From the IMG/VR virus record IMGVR_UViG_3300011337_000256, positions 1-33,112 of that record: a stretch of DNA of 33,112 bases; one strand, written 5' to 3'. The notes below the pieces were generated by a model. The model was not told the origin of the DNA, did no database searches, and was given only the letters and a program-made list of their open reading frames with translations. The stretch is from a virus. Taxonomy: Duplodnaviria; Caudoviricetes. Positions within the stretch are counted from its first letter, which is position 1. Each line of letters opens with the position of its first letter. Position numbers and translations under genes: made by a program. This document shows, piece by piece, positions 9,347 through 16,890 of the stretch.

Positions 9347-9926
9347 CTTTTACTTTGGCGATAAGTGGGAAGTTGGCGCGAGCAACCCTATTCAATACCC
9401 TTTGTTATGGTGTTCGTTAAGTTCATCAACAATAACCAACAATGTTATTGAGAGAAGATTTGTAATTGATATTAGCGACAAAGTAAACTTAGACGAATCA
9501 AACGAAACGCACGTTTTAAGCGATTGCGAGATGATTGCTTATGATTTGCTTAACTACTTAGAACAGATAGCTGACGGTGGCGAAATAGGCATAAAAATAC
9601 AAACAAATGCAACATTAACAGATTACACCGAAGATCGTGACGATATGGTAAGCGGTTGGTTTTTTGAGATTACTATCAGTTCTCATATTGGGAACTACTC
9701 ATGTGGCTTACCTATTGCAAACGGTAATATATTCGACGGTAATTATATTTACATTGACGGTCAATATAATGTTACTTGTGGAGATTTTGAAGTATTGATT
9801 AAGGACCAAAACGGAAACACCATTCAAACATTTACAACAAGTGGCACATACACAGTTGAGGTGTTACAAAACATTATTGACACGATTACAAACAATACAT
9901 CAACAATTATACAACCATTAACATAA
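9279..9926 (+). CDS. Putative tail terminator / neck protein with C-terminal extension
   Basis: YPLLW and D.VSGW motifs, alpha/beta pattern and position after the adaptor. Confidence 0.5.
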   Translation: MLTLNQTIEILKNFSSKHKSLNSFYFGDKWEVGASNPIQYPLLWCSLSSSTITNNVIERRFVIDISDKVNLDESNETHVLSDCEMIAYDLLNYLEQIADGGEIGIKIQTNATLTDYTEDRDDMVSGWFFEITISSHIGNYSCGLPIANGNIFDGNYIYIDGQYNVTCGDFEVLIKDQNGNTIQTFTTSGTYTVEVLQNIIDTITNNTSTIIQPLT

Positions 9927-9927
9927 G

Positions 9928-11367
9928 ATGGCAAACGTAAACATACAATTAGGTTATAAGGATAGCGCATGGTTCGCGGCAAATGCTACATTAATTTTAC
10001 TTGCTGGTCAAATCGTTTACCTTCAACAAACGGGAACTTATAAGATAGGCGACGGAACTACTCAGTTGCAAAACCTTGCATTTAAAGGGGTTGCAGCGCA
10101 AACAGAATTAGTTGTCGCAACTGTTGTAAATAACACAGGTGTTAATTTACTAGCCTTAAATTACCAAGCTGTTAAGGTTTCAACGGCGCAAGGCCAACGT
10201 TTAGCAGTTGACTTCGCGCAAGCTAACAATGATAATAATTCTGCCGATACCATTGGAATAGTTAATCAAAATATTAACAACAACCAAGAGGGCACTATTA
10301 CTATTTTAGGGCAATTAAGTGAAATAAATACAACAGGAAGTTTGCAAGGCGAAACGTGGGTTGATGGCGATGTACTTTATTTGTCGCCAACAGTAGCCGG
10401 GCAAATAACTAAGGTTAAACCAAACGGATTGACGGGCCACATGGTTGTAATTGGATATGTTGAATACGCACATTCTCAGCATGGAAAAATTTACGTTAAG
10501 ATACAAAACGGTTATGAATTAGAAGAGCTGCATAACACGGCAGACGTGACTTATAGCACTCCTATAGATGATGATAGCTTGCTAATTAAAGATAGTACAG
10601 CGTCACTTTGGAAACGTTTAACTTGGGCGAATTTAAAGACGTTAATTTTTACAATTCCTTCATTAGTTAGTCAAGCGGCTGGGGTTGCTATTACTGGTGT
10701 TCAATGGGTATTAGGTTCAAAGCAATGGATAGGTGGTAATATTACTACTCAAAAAGAAATTGAGTTAACATCTCCAAGTTATTCATTTACAACATCGTCA
10801 ACAATTACCAATGCTTATTCAATGTATGTGAATGCGCCTACAGCGTCAACAAATGCAACTATAACTAATAATTACGCTATCGGTGCAAATGGTAACATCT
10901 TAATGACTAATAACAAAGCCATTCAAGTATTAGATGCAACTGGAACACCTAGAAACTTAATTAATTACACATCTGCTGATAACATTAACATTAATGGAAA
11001 ACAAGGTAGCTCAGATATATTCATTAATCCAACATCAACGAATAAAGGAATGGTTCTTAAATCAACAGGGACTATTGGTATTTATGGAGTTGCTACGCCT
11101 ACAGCACGCTTACACGTTGGTGCTGGCGAAAGTGGAGTTAACGCCGCACCTTTGAAATTTACAAGCGGAACGAATCAAACAACTGCCGAAGCTGGAGCAA
11201 TGGAATATAATAACACATTGCATTTTACCAATAGTGATGCAACAAGGCGACATGTTGCATTAAGTCCAAATTCAACAAAAGTTACTGCTGGTGCGCCTTA
11301 CACGAATGATGGCTATATTACTTTAAATATAAACGGAATAGATTTTAAAATTTTAACTACAGCTTAA
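9928..11367 (+). CDS. Tail fibre / receptor-binding protein with Mtd_N-like N-terminus
   Basis: W.AAN..L..G.I.Y..QTG.YKIGDGTT N-terminal motif; mosaic Thr/Gly/Asn-rich beta modules. Confidence 0.7.
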   Translation: MANVNIQLGYKDSAWFAANATLILLAGQIVYLQQTGTYKIGDGTTQLQNLAFKGVAAQTELVVATVVNNTGVNLLALNYQAVKVSTAQGQRLAVDFAQANNDNNSADTIGIVNQNINNNQEGTITILGQLSEINTTGSLQGETWVDGDVLYLSPTVAGQITKVKPNGLTGHMVVIGYVEYAHSQHGKIYVKIQNGYELEELHNTADVTYSTPIDDDSLLIKDSTASLWKRLTWANLKTLIFTIPSLVSQAAGVAITGVQWVLGSKQWIGGNITTQKEIELTSPSYSFTTSSTITNAYSMYVNAPTASTNATITNNYAIGANGNILMTNNKAIQVLDATGTPRNLINYTSADNININGKQGSSDIFINPTSTNKGMVLKSTGTIGIYGVATPTARLHVGAGESGVNAAPLKFTSGTNQTTAEAGAMEYNNTLHFTNSDATRRHVALSPNSTKVTAGAPYTNDGYITLNINGIDFKILTTA

Positions 11368-11368
11368 T

Positions 11369-11575
11369 ATGACACTAATTTACTTTAATGCACCTGACAA
11401 GCCTGAAAACATTGGCATTTCACAATTAACAAATGATTTACAATTATTCATTGACGAACGATTAAATATATTCATGAATTATGCTATTGTTGGCAATCAA
11501 ATACAGTTCGATGTAAACGAAGAACAAAGAGGTTACGCTTTATTTTTTGACGTGCCAAATGACTTTCAAAATTAA
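11369..11575 (+). CDS. Hypothetical protein (possible fibre chaperone)
   Basis: 68 aa, 1 nt after the fibre gene. Confidence 0.5.
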   Translation: MTLIYFNAPDKPENIGISQLTNDLQLFIDERLNIFMNYAIVGNQIQFDVNEEQRGYALFFDVPNDFQN

Positions 11576-11576
11576 T

Positions 11577-11604
11577 ATCAATTACTAAATTTTTTAATAC
11601 TTAA
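11577..11604 (+). promoter_or_regulatory. Putative phage late promoter ATCA-N15-AATACTT
   Basis: ATCA 11577-11580 and AATACTT 11596-11602 in a 40-nt intergenic gap. Confidence 0.6.
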
Positions 11605-11615
11605 AATAAACGATT

Positions 11616-11912
11616 ATGCTACAAGAAATAAACGATGCAATGGTTAACCGAATGGGCGGTTACGCTGGTTCGAGAACAGTAACGGGAACGGGTGCTTTAA
11701 CAAGTTTAAACTTCGCTCAATTCTATGTTAGAGAGGACACCGTAGTAGGCACATTAACTGGTACAGATGCAACAACTGGAGCGACTTCAAATCTATTGAC
11801 AACATTAGGAATATCAGCTGTTACATTGAAGGCTGGTGAGTTACACGTTGCGCCTTATGGCACTCGAATAAGTGCGGTAACTTTAACAAGTGGTTCAATA
11901 ATACTTTATTAA
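11616..11912 (+). CDS. Small beta-rich virion protein (possible decoration protein)
   Basis: 98 aa, Thr/Gly-rich, ends VTLTSGSIILY; has its own putative late promoter. Confidence 0.55.
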   Translation: MLQEINDAMVNRMGGYAGSRTVTGTGALTSLNFAQFYVREDTVVGTLTGTDATTGATSNLLTTLGISAVTLKAGELHVAPYGTRISAVTLTSGSIILY

Positions 11913-11913
11913 A

Positions 11914-12714
11914 ATGCGAATAGCTAGAGGCATATCAATAGCGAATATAAGCAAGCCAATAAGCACAGCTATTGTGTATGATGCGGATGCGGCGGCTTTC
12001 TTTGCAGCGGCTAGTATTACAGATACTACTCAGAAAAGTGCTGTTAATACATTAGTACTTAGTTTAAAATCAGCTAACATTTGGACTAAAATGAAAGCTC
12101 TTTACCCTGTAGTTGGTGGTGTTGCAAGTTCTCACGCTGTTAATTTGAAAACACCCGGGACTTATAATTTATCATTTGCAACTGGTTGGACACATTCAAG
12201 TACAGGGATGACGCCAAATGGCGCTACTTATGCTAATACTAACTTAACCCAATCAACATCTGGTTTAGATCAGAATAATTGGGGATTCAGTGTGTATAGT
12301 AGAACAAATAAAACAGGTAATTCTGGAGTATCATTTGGGAACGAACAAGCTGGTGGGGTGACTATAATGTACTTAAAAACTGCAACAAATAATTTAGCAT
12401 CTTATATGAATAGTTTCAATATTTATTTTGTTCCAAATACAGATTCAAGAGGTTTTTTTCAATCTATAAGAAATACTTCGACTAGTGTAAAATTAATTAA
12501 AAACAGTACTATCAATAATGGTTCAACTACTTCATCTACTAACCACACCATTCCTTTTTATTTAGCGGCAAATAATTATTATGGGACAGCGGTAGGCTTT
12601 GATAATTGTGAAACTGCCTTCGCTTCAATAGGCAATGGATTAACAGATGCAGAGGCTTCATCATTTTACAACGCAGTTCAAACATTTCAAACAACTTTAG
12701 GAAGACAAGTATAA
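11914..12714 (+). CDS. Virion protein with a putative lectin-like beta-sandwich
   Basis: 266 aa; N-terminal DADA.AFF.AA.IT...W.KMKALYP..GG helix region, beta-rich core, C-terminal FQTTLGRQV. Confidence 0.5.
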   Translation: MRIARGISIANISKPISTAIVYDADAAAFFAAASITDTTQKSAVNTLVLSLKSANIWTKMKALYPVVGGVASSHAVNLKTPGTYNLSFATGWTHSSTGMTPNGATYANTNLTQSTSGLDQNNWGFSVYSRTNKTGNSGVSFGNEQAGGVTIMYLKTATNNLASYMNSFNIYFVPNTDSRGFFQSIRNTSTSVKLIKNSTINNGSTTSSTNHTIPFYLAANNYYGTAVGFDNCETAFASIGNGLTDAEASSFYNAVQTFQTTLGRQV

Positions 12715-12932
12715 TGGAAGGACGAATAGTAACTAATCAACAAGCGCAAGATTTACAAGGTCAATTTATTGACTCAGATACTTTTTTAAATTTTGTACAA
12801 GATATAAATGACGTTTATTTTTTATTTTTAAGTGAACAAGATGAGGCCGATGTGGCGAATACACCTTATGCGTATTTATTAGATTTGCCTTTAAGTCCAT
12901 TTATTCCTAAACCATCACCAATACCATTTTAA
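12714..12932 (+). CDS. Small acidic hypothetical protein
   Basis: 72 aa, TAATG-coupled to the upstream gene. Confidence 0.6.
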   Translation: MEGRIVTNQQAQDLQGQFIDSDTFLNFVQDINDVYFLFLSEQDEADVANTPYAYLLDLPLSPFIPKPSPIPF

Positions 12933-12937
12933 ATTTT

Positions 12938-13186
12938 ATGCTAAATACTGAAAATGCTATAAAACTCGTAACATTCGCCGCTGGTTTGTCGGGGATGTAC
13001 TATGCGATTAAATCAGACATTCGCGAATTAAACACCGAGAAACATTTTGAAATAGAGCATTTGCAGTATCAGATAAATGAGATAAAAGAAAATTGTTGTG
13101 ATGACACAAGGCGCAAATCATTCGCCATTGACATCAAACAACCTGAAGCGGTTAAGCCAAAAAATGACATTGAAGAAATGTTTTAA
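12938..13186 (+). CDS. Single-TM membrane protein (holin or antiholin candidate)
   Basis: N-terminal hydrophobic stretch followed by a coiled coil; immediately before the lysin. Confidence 0.45.
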   Translation: MLNTENAIKLVTFAAGLSGMYYAIKSDIRELNTEKHFEIEHLQYQINEIKENCCDDTRRKSFAIDIKQPEAVKPKNDIEEMF

Positions 13187-13188
13187 CA

Positions 13189-13770
13189 ATGACTGAAAGA
13201 CGTTACAATTATTTATTTACCGATATGAAAAATTATAAAATTGAGGATTTAAAAAATCAATTTGCGAAATTGAATTATAAATGGCTAACATTTCACATTG
13301 TCGGCATTCGTTCAAATGCCAACGTTCCTGATAAATTCGATGACTTAATATGTTTAATTGAAAATAATAATTTATTTTTATTTACAGCAACTACGAATCC
13401 AGGTACACATTGGTTAAAAAATTTAATGAATCCAAAAGGAGCTGCATTATTAAAAGCAAACCAATATTTAAACACTTGGAAATTAGATTTACATCAAGGA
13501 AAATATACAGCATTGTGCCAACGTAAACCAGTTACTGTTTATAGAGATGCAAACAAAAATAATTTTGCAGAAGAAACTGCGGTTACTGATACGGGGTTAT
13601 TTGGAATAAATATACATAGGGCAAACCCAAATGCTGTATCTAGTATTATAGATAAATGGTCGGCAGGTTGTCAGGTGTTAAATAATCCTAAAGATTTTGA
13701 ATTTTTAATTAATAAATGTAAAGACAGCGGATTAAAAGAATTTACCTATACTTTATTAAAAGAATTTTAA
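13189..13770 (+). CDS. Putative endolysin with L,D-transpeptidase-like His/Cys motif (alternative start 13225)
   Basis: GINIH...WSAGCQV resembles the YkuD H-x(14-17)-S-x-G-C motif; flanked by membrane genes. Confidence 0.6.
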   Translation: MTERRYNYLFTDMKNYKIEDLKNQFAKLNYKWLTFHIVGIRSNANVPDKFDDLICLIENNNLFLFTATTNPGTHWLKNLMNPKGAALLKANQYLNTWKLDLHQGKYTALCQRKPVTVYRDANKNNFAEETAVTDTGLFGINIHRANPNAVSSIIDKWSAGCQVLNNPKDFEFLINKCKDSGLKEFTYTLLKEF

Positions 13771-13998
13771 ATGATAAAAAAATTATTAGCATCCTTAGAC
13801 AATACTAACTACGGATATAGCGCACGCAAATTAACGGCCTTTATATTGGTGTCACTTGTTGTATTAGCACATTTAAAATGGCTTAATTTAGGGGATTTAA
13901 CGCAATTGGGCGAGGTGTTAATTATAGACTATACATTTATATCAGCTCTTTTCGGAATGACTACTTACCAAAAGATAAAATCAAATGACACTAAATAA
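13771..13998 (+). CDS. Holin-like protein with 2 TM segments
   Basis: 75 aa, S.RKL followed by two hydrophobic segments and a basic C-terminus. Confidence 0.6.
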   Translation: MIKKLLASLDNTNYGYSARKLTAFILVSLVVLAHLKWLNLGDLTQLGEVLIIDYTFISALFGMTTYQKIKSNDTK

Positions 13999-14491
13999 AT
14001 ATTTATCATTAGGTATATTCGCCATCTTAGTGTTTATTTTACTATTCCAAACATGTGGCAAAGATGAGGTTATTAAGGACCAAAGAATAACCGATACATT
14101 GATAGTAACTAAGCTAGTTAATATCAGTAAAGATAGTTTGGTTATTGATAGCCTATTGAAAGTTAAACAACGTGTTAAGGTAGTGTTTAAGCAAAAGACA
14201 GATAGCATTTACATTGCGGCTCCTGATACTTGCAAAACGTATATTAACATGATTGTAAATAATTGCAACGATTATTTGTCATTGAATGATAGCATCATTG
14301 AACATCAAATGTCGGTTATTAATGAGCAACGTGATTTGTATAGGATTCAAAGGGATTTAATCAATAAACAAAACGATATGTTATATAATGATAGCTTACA
14401 TATTCAACAATTAAATAAAAAAATTAAACGAAAAAATATAACAATTGGCATTATTTCAGCAGTGGGCCTTGGTGCTTTACTTGTAAAATAG
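13985..14491 (+). CDS. Spanin candidate (N-terminal lipoprotein-type signal, coiled coil, C-terminal TM)
   Basis: Hydrophobic N-terminus ending LFQTC; heptad region; C-terminal KKIKRK then ITIGIISAVGLGALLV; last gene of the lysis cassette. Confidence 0.55.
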   Translation: MTLNKYLSLGIFAILVFILLFQTCGKDEVIKDQRITDTLIVTKLVNISKDSLVIDSLLKVKQRVKVVFKQKTDSIYIAAPDTCKTYINMIVNNCNDYLSLNDSIIEHQMSVINEQRDLYRIQRDLINKQNDMLYNDSLHIQQLNKKIKRKNITIGIISAVGLGALLVK

Positions 14492-14536
14492 TATCTTTAC
14501 AGCGCAATCTTCCATTTTTTTACTTATTTATCTATT

Positions 14537-14565
14537 AGGGCGACTTAAAAAATCGCCCTTTTTTT
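14537..14565 (+). terminator. Intrinsic terminator ending the late region
   Basis: AGGGCGA/TCGCCCT stem followed by a T tract. Confidence 0.9.
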
Positions 14566-14635
14566 ATGCGTTATAAAATTAAACGTGTTGATTTTCAATG
14601 AGTTATAAAATAATTGAATATATTTTAAAAATATA

Positions 14636-14667
14636 TTTGCTATATACAGAAAAAGAATGTAATTTTG
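14636..14667 (+). promoter_or_regulatory. Bacteroidota housekeeping-sigma promoter (early)
   Basis: -33 TTTG at 14636-14639, 20-nt spacer, -7 TAATTTTG at 14660-14667, matching TTTG-N19-21-TAnnTTTG. Confidence 0.8.
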
Positions 14668-14701
14668 AACTCAGATAACAACAATTAAAAAAATAGAAAT
14701 C

Positions 14702-14974
14702 ATGACAACTCAATTTAAAACTTTAAAAAATGGTAAAAATGCACAAACTGTATTCGCAAATCCTGAAACTAAACAAATAGTTAGTGCAAATAGAAACTCT
14801 TTTGGCTATAATGTAAAAGCTGGTTTTGATAAAGAATTTGACGAATTAGCAAGTAAAAATGATTTAAAAAAGAACTTAGGTAAAAATTGGAGAAATGGTT
14901 TTTCCTACTCTAAAAAAGACGTTGAATCATTAGGCTTTATTTTAATTTTAAGAGGTGAAACAATTTTATTTTAA
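14702..14974 (+). CDS. Early hypothetical protein
   Basis: 90 aa, A-rich leader, first gene after the early promoter. Confidence 0.7.
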   Translation: MTTQFKTLKNGKNAQTVFANPETKQIVSANRNSFGYNVKAGFDKEFDELASKNDLKKNLGKNWRNGFSYSKKDVESLGFILILRGETILF

Positions 14975-14978
14975 TAAC

Positions 14979-15128
14979 ATGGCAGACAGTAAAAACTACA
15001 GTTACAAAGCATCGGGAATAATTAAAATAGTATTTACAAAGAAAGGAAAATTTGTAACTACAATAATGAAGGAAGACCGACTAAAAGATTATCCAAAAAC
15101 TAAATACGACATCGTTGAAATAATATGA
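14979..15128 (+). CDS. Small hypothetical protein (49 aa, MADSKNYSYK...)
   Basis: Translated by hand; ATGA-coupled to the next ORF. Confidence 0.6.
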   Translation: MADSKNYSYKASGIIKIVFTKKGKFVTTIMKEDRLKDYPKTKYDIVEII

Positions 15129-15262
15129 AGAAAAAAGCCAAACTAATACACCTAACACCTGAAGCAATTGCATACTGGACTGAAATCGCAAAAGCAAACG
15201 GAAGCACATTCAAAACATTTATACAAGTAATTTTAGAAGAAAGACCAAAACTTAAAAAATAA
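15125..15262 (+). CDS. Ribbon-helix-helix (Arc/CopG-like) DNA-binding protein, 45 aa, not in the ORF track
   Basis: MKKKAKLIHLTPEAIAYWTEIAKANGSTFKTFIQVILEERPKLKK: short beta strand, helix, G-S turn, helix. Confidence 0.6.
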   Translation: MKKKAKLIHLTPEAIAYWTEIAKANGSTFKTFIQVILEERPKLKK

Positions 15263-15267
15263 AAATC

Positions 15268-15378
15268 ATGACAGATACAGAAGAAATCGAAATTTTAAAG
15301 AATGAAATTTCACCGTTAACAGAACAATTATTAACCGACTTATCTTTTATATTATGTGTACTAGTAATTTTCCTTTAA
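15268..15378 (+). CDS. Small protein with hydrophobic C-terminus (36 aa)
   Basis: Translated by hand: MTDTEEIEILKNEISPLTEQLLTDLSFILCVLVIFL; A-rich leader. Confidence 0.45.
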   Translation: MTDTEEIEILKNEISPLTEQLLTDLSFILCVLVIFL

Positions 15379-15542
15379 ACTTTAACAACGAAGCGATTAA
15401 ACGCTTTTGGTTAAACAAGAATGTTGAAAACCAAGTTCGTTCAACATTTAACGAAGAACATTTAAAAAAAGTAATACAAGCAAAACTTTATGAAGCTGAA
15501 AACAAATCTAATCGAACCGTATCAATTCCTTCCAATATATAG
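15354..15542 (+). CDS. Hypothetical protein
   Basis: 62-aa ORF in a packed early operon. Confidence 0.55.
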   Translation: MCTSNFPLNFNNEAIKRFWLNKNVENQVRSTFNEEHLKKVIQAKLYEAENKSNRTVSIPSNI

Positions 15543-15864
15543 GAGGTTAACGGATGAATCTAAACGAGTATTTCAATTAAAGATTAAACGTTTAGACAGA
15601 AACATGAACAGATACGCTATAAGTGAAGAAAATTTTAATTATCTTAATGAGCTGTTAAATTCAGAAAATCCCAACACAATAGGCAAGCCAGCGGACTTTG
15701 ATTTTTGGCAAGTGCAAAAATACTTTCAAGGATTAACGCAACTGATTAACACACCTGATGACTTTCAACTTTTAAGCCAAAGAGAAAAAGACTCGATTAT
15801 TGAAGAACATAAAATCACACATAAAAAATTAATAACCTATAAAATAAAAGAAAATGGAAACTAA
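15490..15864 (+). CDS. Hypothetical protein
   Basis: 124-aa ORF overlapping both neighbours. Confidence 0.6.
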   Translation: MKLKTNLIEPYQFLPIYRRLTDESKRVFQLKIKRLDRNMNRYAISEENFNYLNELLNSENPNTIGKPADFDFWQVQKYFQGLTQLINTPDDFQLLSQREKDSIIEEHKITHKKLITYKIKENGN

Positions 15865-16105
15865 AAACAACAGCGGAGCAATCTTCAAGAACAACAAAAC
15901 AAAAGAAACTCAGCCTGACTACCGAGGCAAAGTAAACGTAAATGGCAAAGACATGGAGATCTCTTTATGGATTAAGGAATCGAAAACAGGTACAAAATAT
16001 TTTAGCGCGTCATTCCAAGAGCCATATGTTAAGGCGGTAAGCACTCAGGAAGTAGCTAATCAAAACAATACTCAAGATTTAATTGATAACGATTTACCAT
16101 TTTAA
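15854..16105 (+). CDS. Small ssDNA-binding protein (DUF736/PC4-like fold suspected)
   Basis: SGAIFKN...PDYRG.V.V.G....SLW core and an SSB-type acidic tail DNDLPF. Confidence 0.65.
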   Translation: METKNNSGAIFKNNKTKETQPDYRGKVNVNGKDMEISLWIKESKTGTKYFSASFQEPYVKAVSTQEVANQNNTQDLIDNDLPF

Positions 16106-16115
16106 AATTAATAAT

Positions 16116-16475
16116 ATGAAAAAATTTAATGACTTAAAAATAAATATTAATACGCCATCAAAATGTAAGTTAACATTTGCAAATTTTGATGATTTTATAA
16201 CTGATTTTGAATTTGATGATATTGAAAAAATGCTATTTTTTTTACAACAAAAGTTAGCTAAATATGATAAATGTGTATTTGTTTGTTTTGGAGATACAAA
16301 TGAAGATTTTGATGAAAATCCTGAATTTTTAATAACTAGCGATTGCGGTAACGCTGTGTGTTATTTTGAAAGTATAGGATGTTCAAACTCTAAATTTAAT
16401 TTATTTACTTTTGAAAGTTACGAACAAGCTATTATTTATATTTCAGATTTGAGTGAAACATCTTCAATAAATTAA
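16116..16475 (+). CDS. Hypothetical protein (track start 16083; ATG 16116 more likely)
   Basis: Acidic, Phe-rich, AT-rich ORF. Confidence 0.55.
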   Translation: MKKFNDLKININTPSKCKLTFANFDDFITDFEFDDIEKMLFFLQQKLAKYDKCVFVCFGDTNEDFDENPEFLITSDCGNAVCYFESIGCSNSKFNLFTFESYEQAIIYISDLSETSSIN

Positions 16476-16489
16476 ATAATAATAATAAT

Positions 16490-16774
16490 ATGAACGATTT
16501 AGTTTTAAAATGGGCCGACGAAAGGGGACTTTTGAAAGCTGAAAATGCTCCAAGACAAATGCTTAAACTTTTTGAGGAAATAGGCGAATTAGCCGGGGCT
16601 ATGGCAAAGAATAAACAAGGCGACATAGTTGATGCAATAGGTGACATTCAAGTGGTGCTTATCATACTATCAAAGCAATTAGGCTACGATTACGAACAAT
16701 GCCTTGTTGATGCTTACAACGTAATAAAGGAAAGAAAAGGTAAATTAATTAACGGAGTTTTTGTTAAAGATTAA
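16490..16774 (+). CDS. mazG: MazG-like nucleotide pyrophosphohydrolase
   Basis: KL.EE.GELA...DAIGD..VVL motif and C-terminal AYN.IK.RKG..ING.FVK. Confidence 0.88.
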   Translation: MNDLVLKWADERGLLKAENAPRQMLKLFEEIGELAGAMAKNKQGDIVDAIGDIQVVLIILSKQLGYDYEQCLVDAYNVIKERKGKLINGVFVKD

Positions 16775-16785
16775 AAAATAATTAG

Positions 16786-16793
16786 TACTTTTG
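16786..16793 (+). promoter_or_regulatory. Bacteroidota -7 promoter element TACTTTTG
   Basis: Exact TAnnTTTG in an intergenic region; TTTG at 16760-16763. Confidence 0.7.
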
Positions 16794-16796
16794 TAA

Positions 16797-16879
16797 TGTC
16801 GGGTGAGAGCGGCAAACGTAAAACATTAAACATTAAACCTATTGGTTACAACCTCTCACTTGTAGCCAGTAGGTTTTTT
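16797..16879 (+). ncRNA. Structured leader RNA, copy 1 (two hairpins with complementary loops)
   Basis: TGTCG-[GGTGAGAG]-CGGCA, 20-nt A-rich linker, then a 17-bp stem (2 G-U) with loop CCTCTCAC and a T tract. Confidence 0.7.
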
Positions 16880-16890
16880 ATTTATAGACT

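Noticed and set aside
14476-14514. Minus-strand micro-ORF MEDCAVKILFYK
   Set aside because: Only 12 codons, no minus-strand promoter seen, and the genome is otherwise unidirectional.
14566-14701. Lysogeny switch or attP site
   Set aside because: No integrase, divergent repressor or partition genes were recognised anywhere in the window.
16797-16879. tRNA or known self-cleaving ribozyme as the identity of the leader RNAs
   Set aside because: No cloverleaf or T-loop, and no hammerhead core (CUGAnGA/GAAA) is visible; an Rfam search is still needed to exclude other families.
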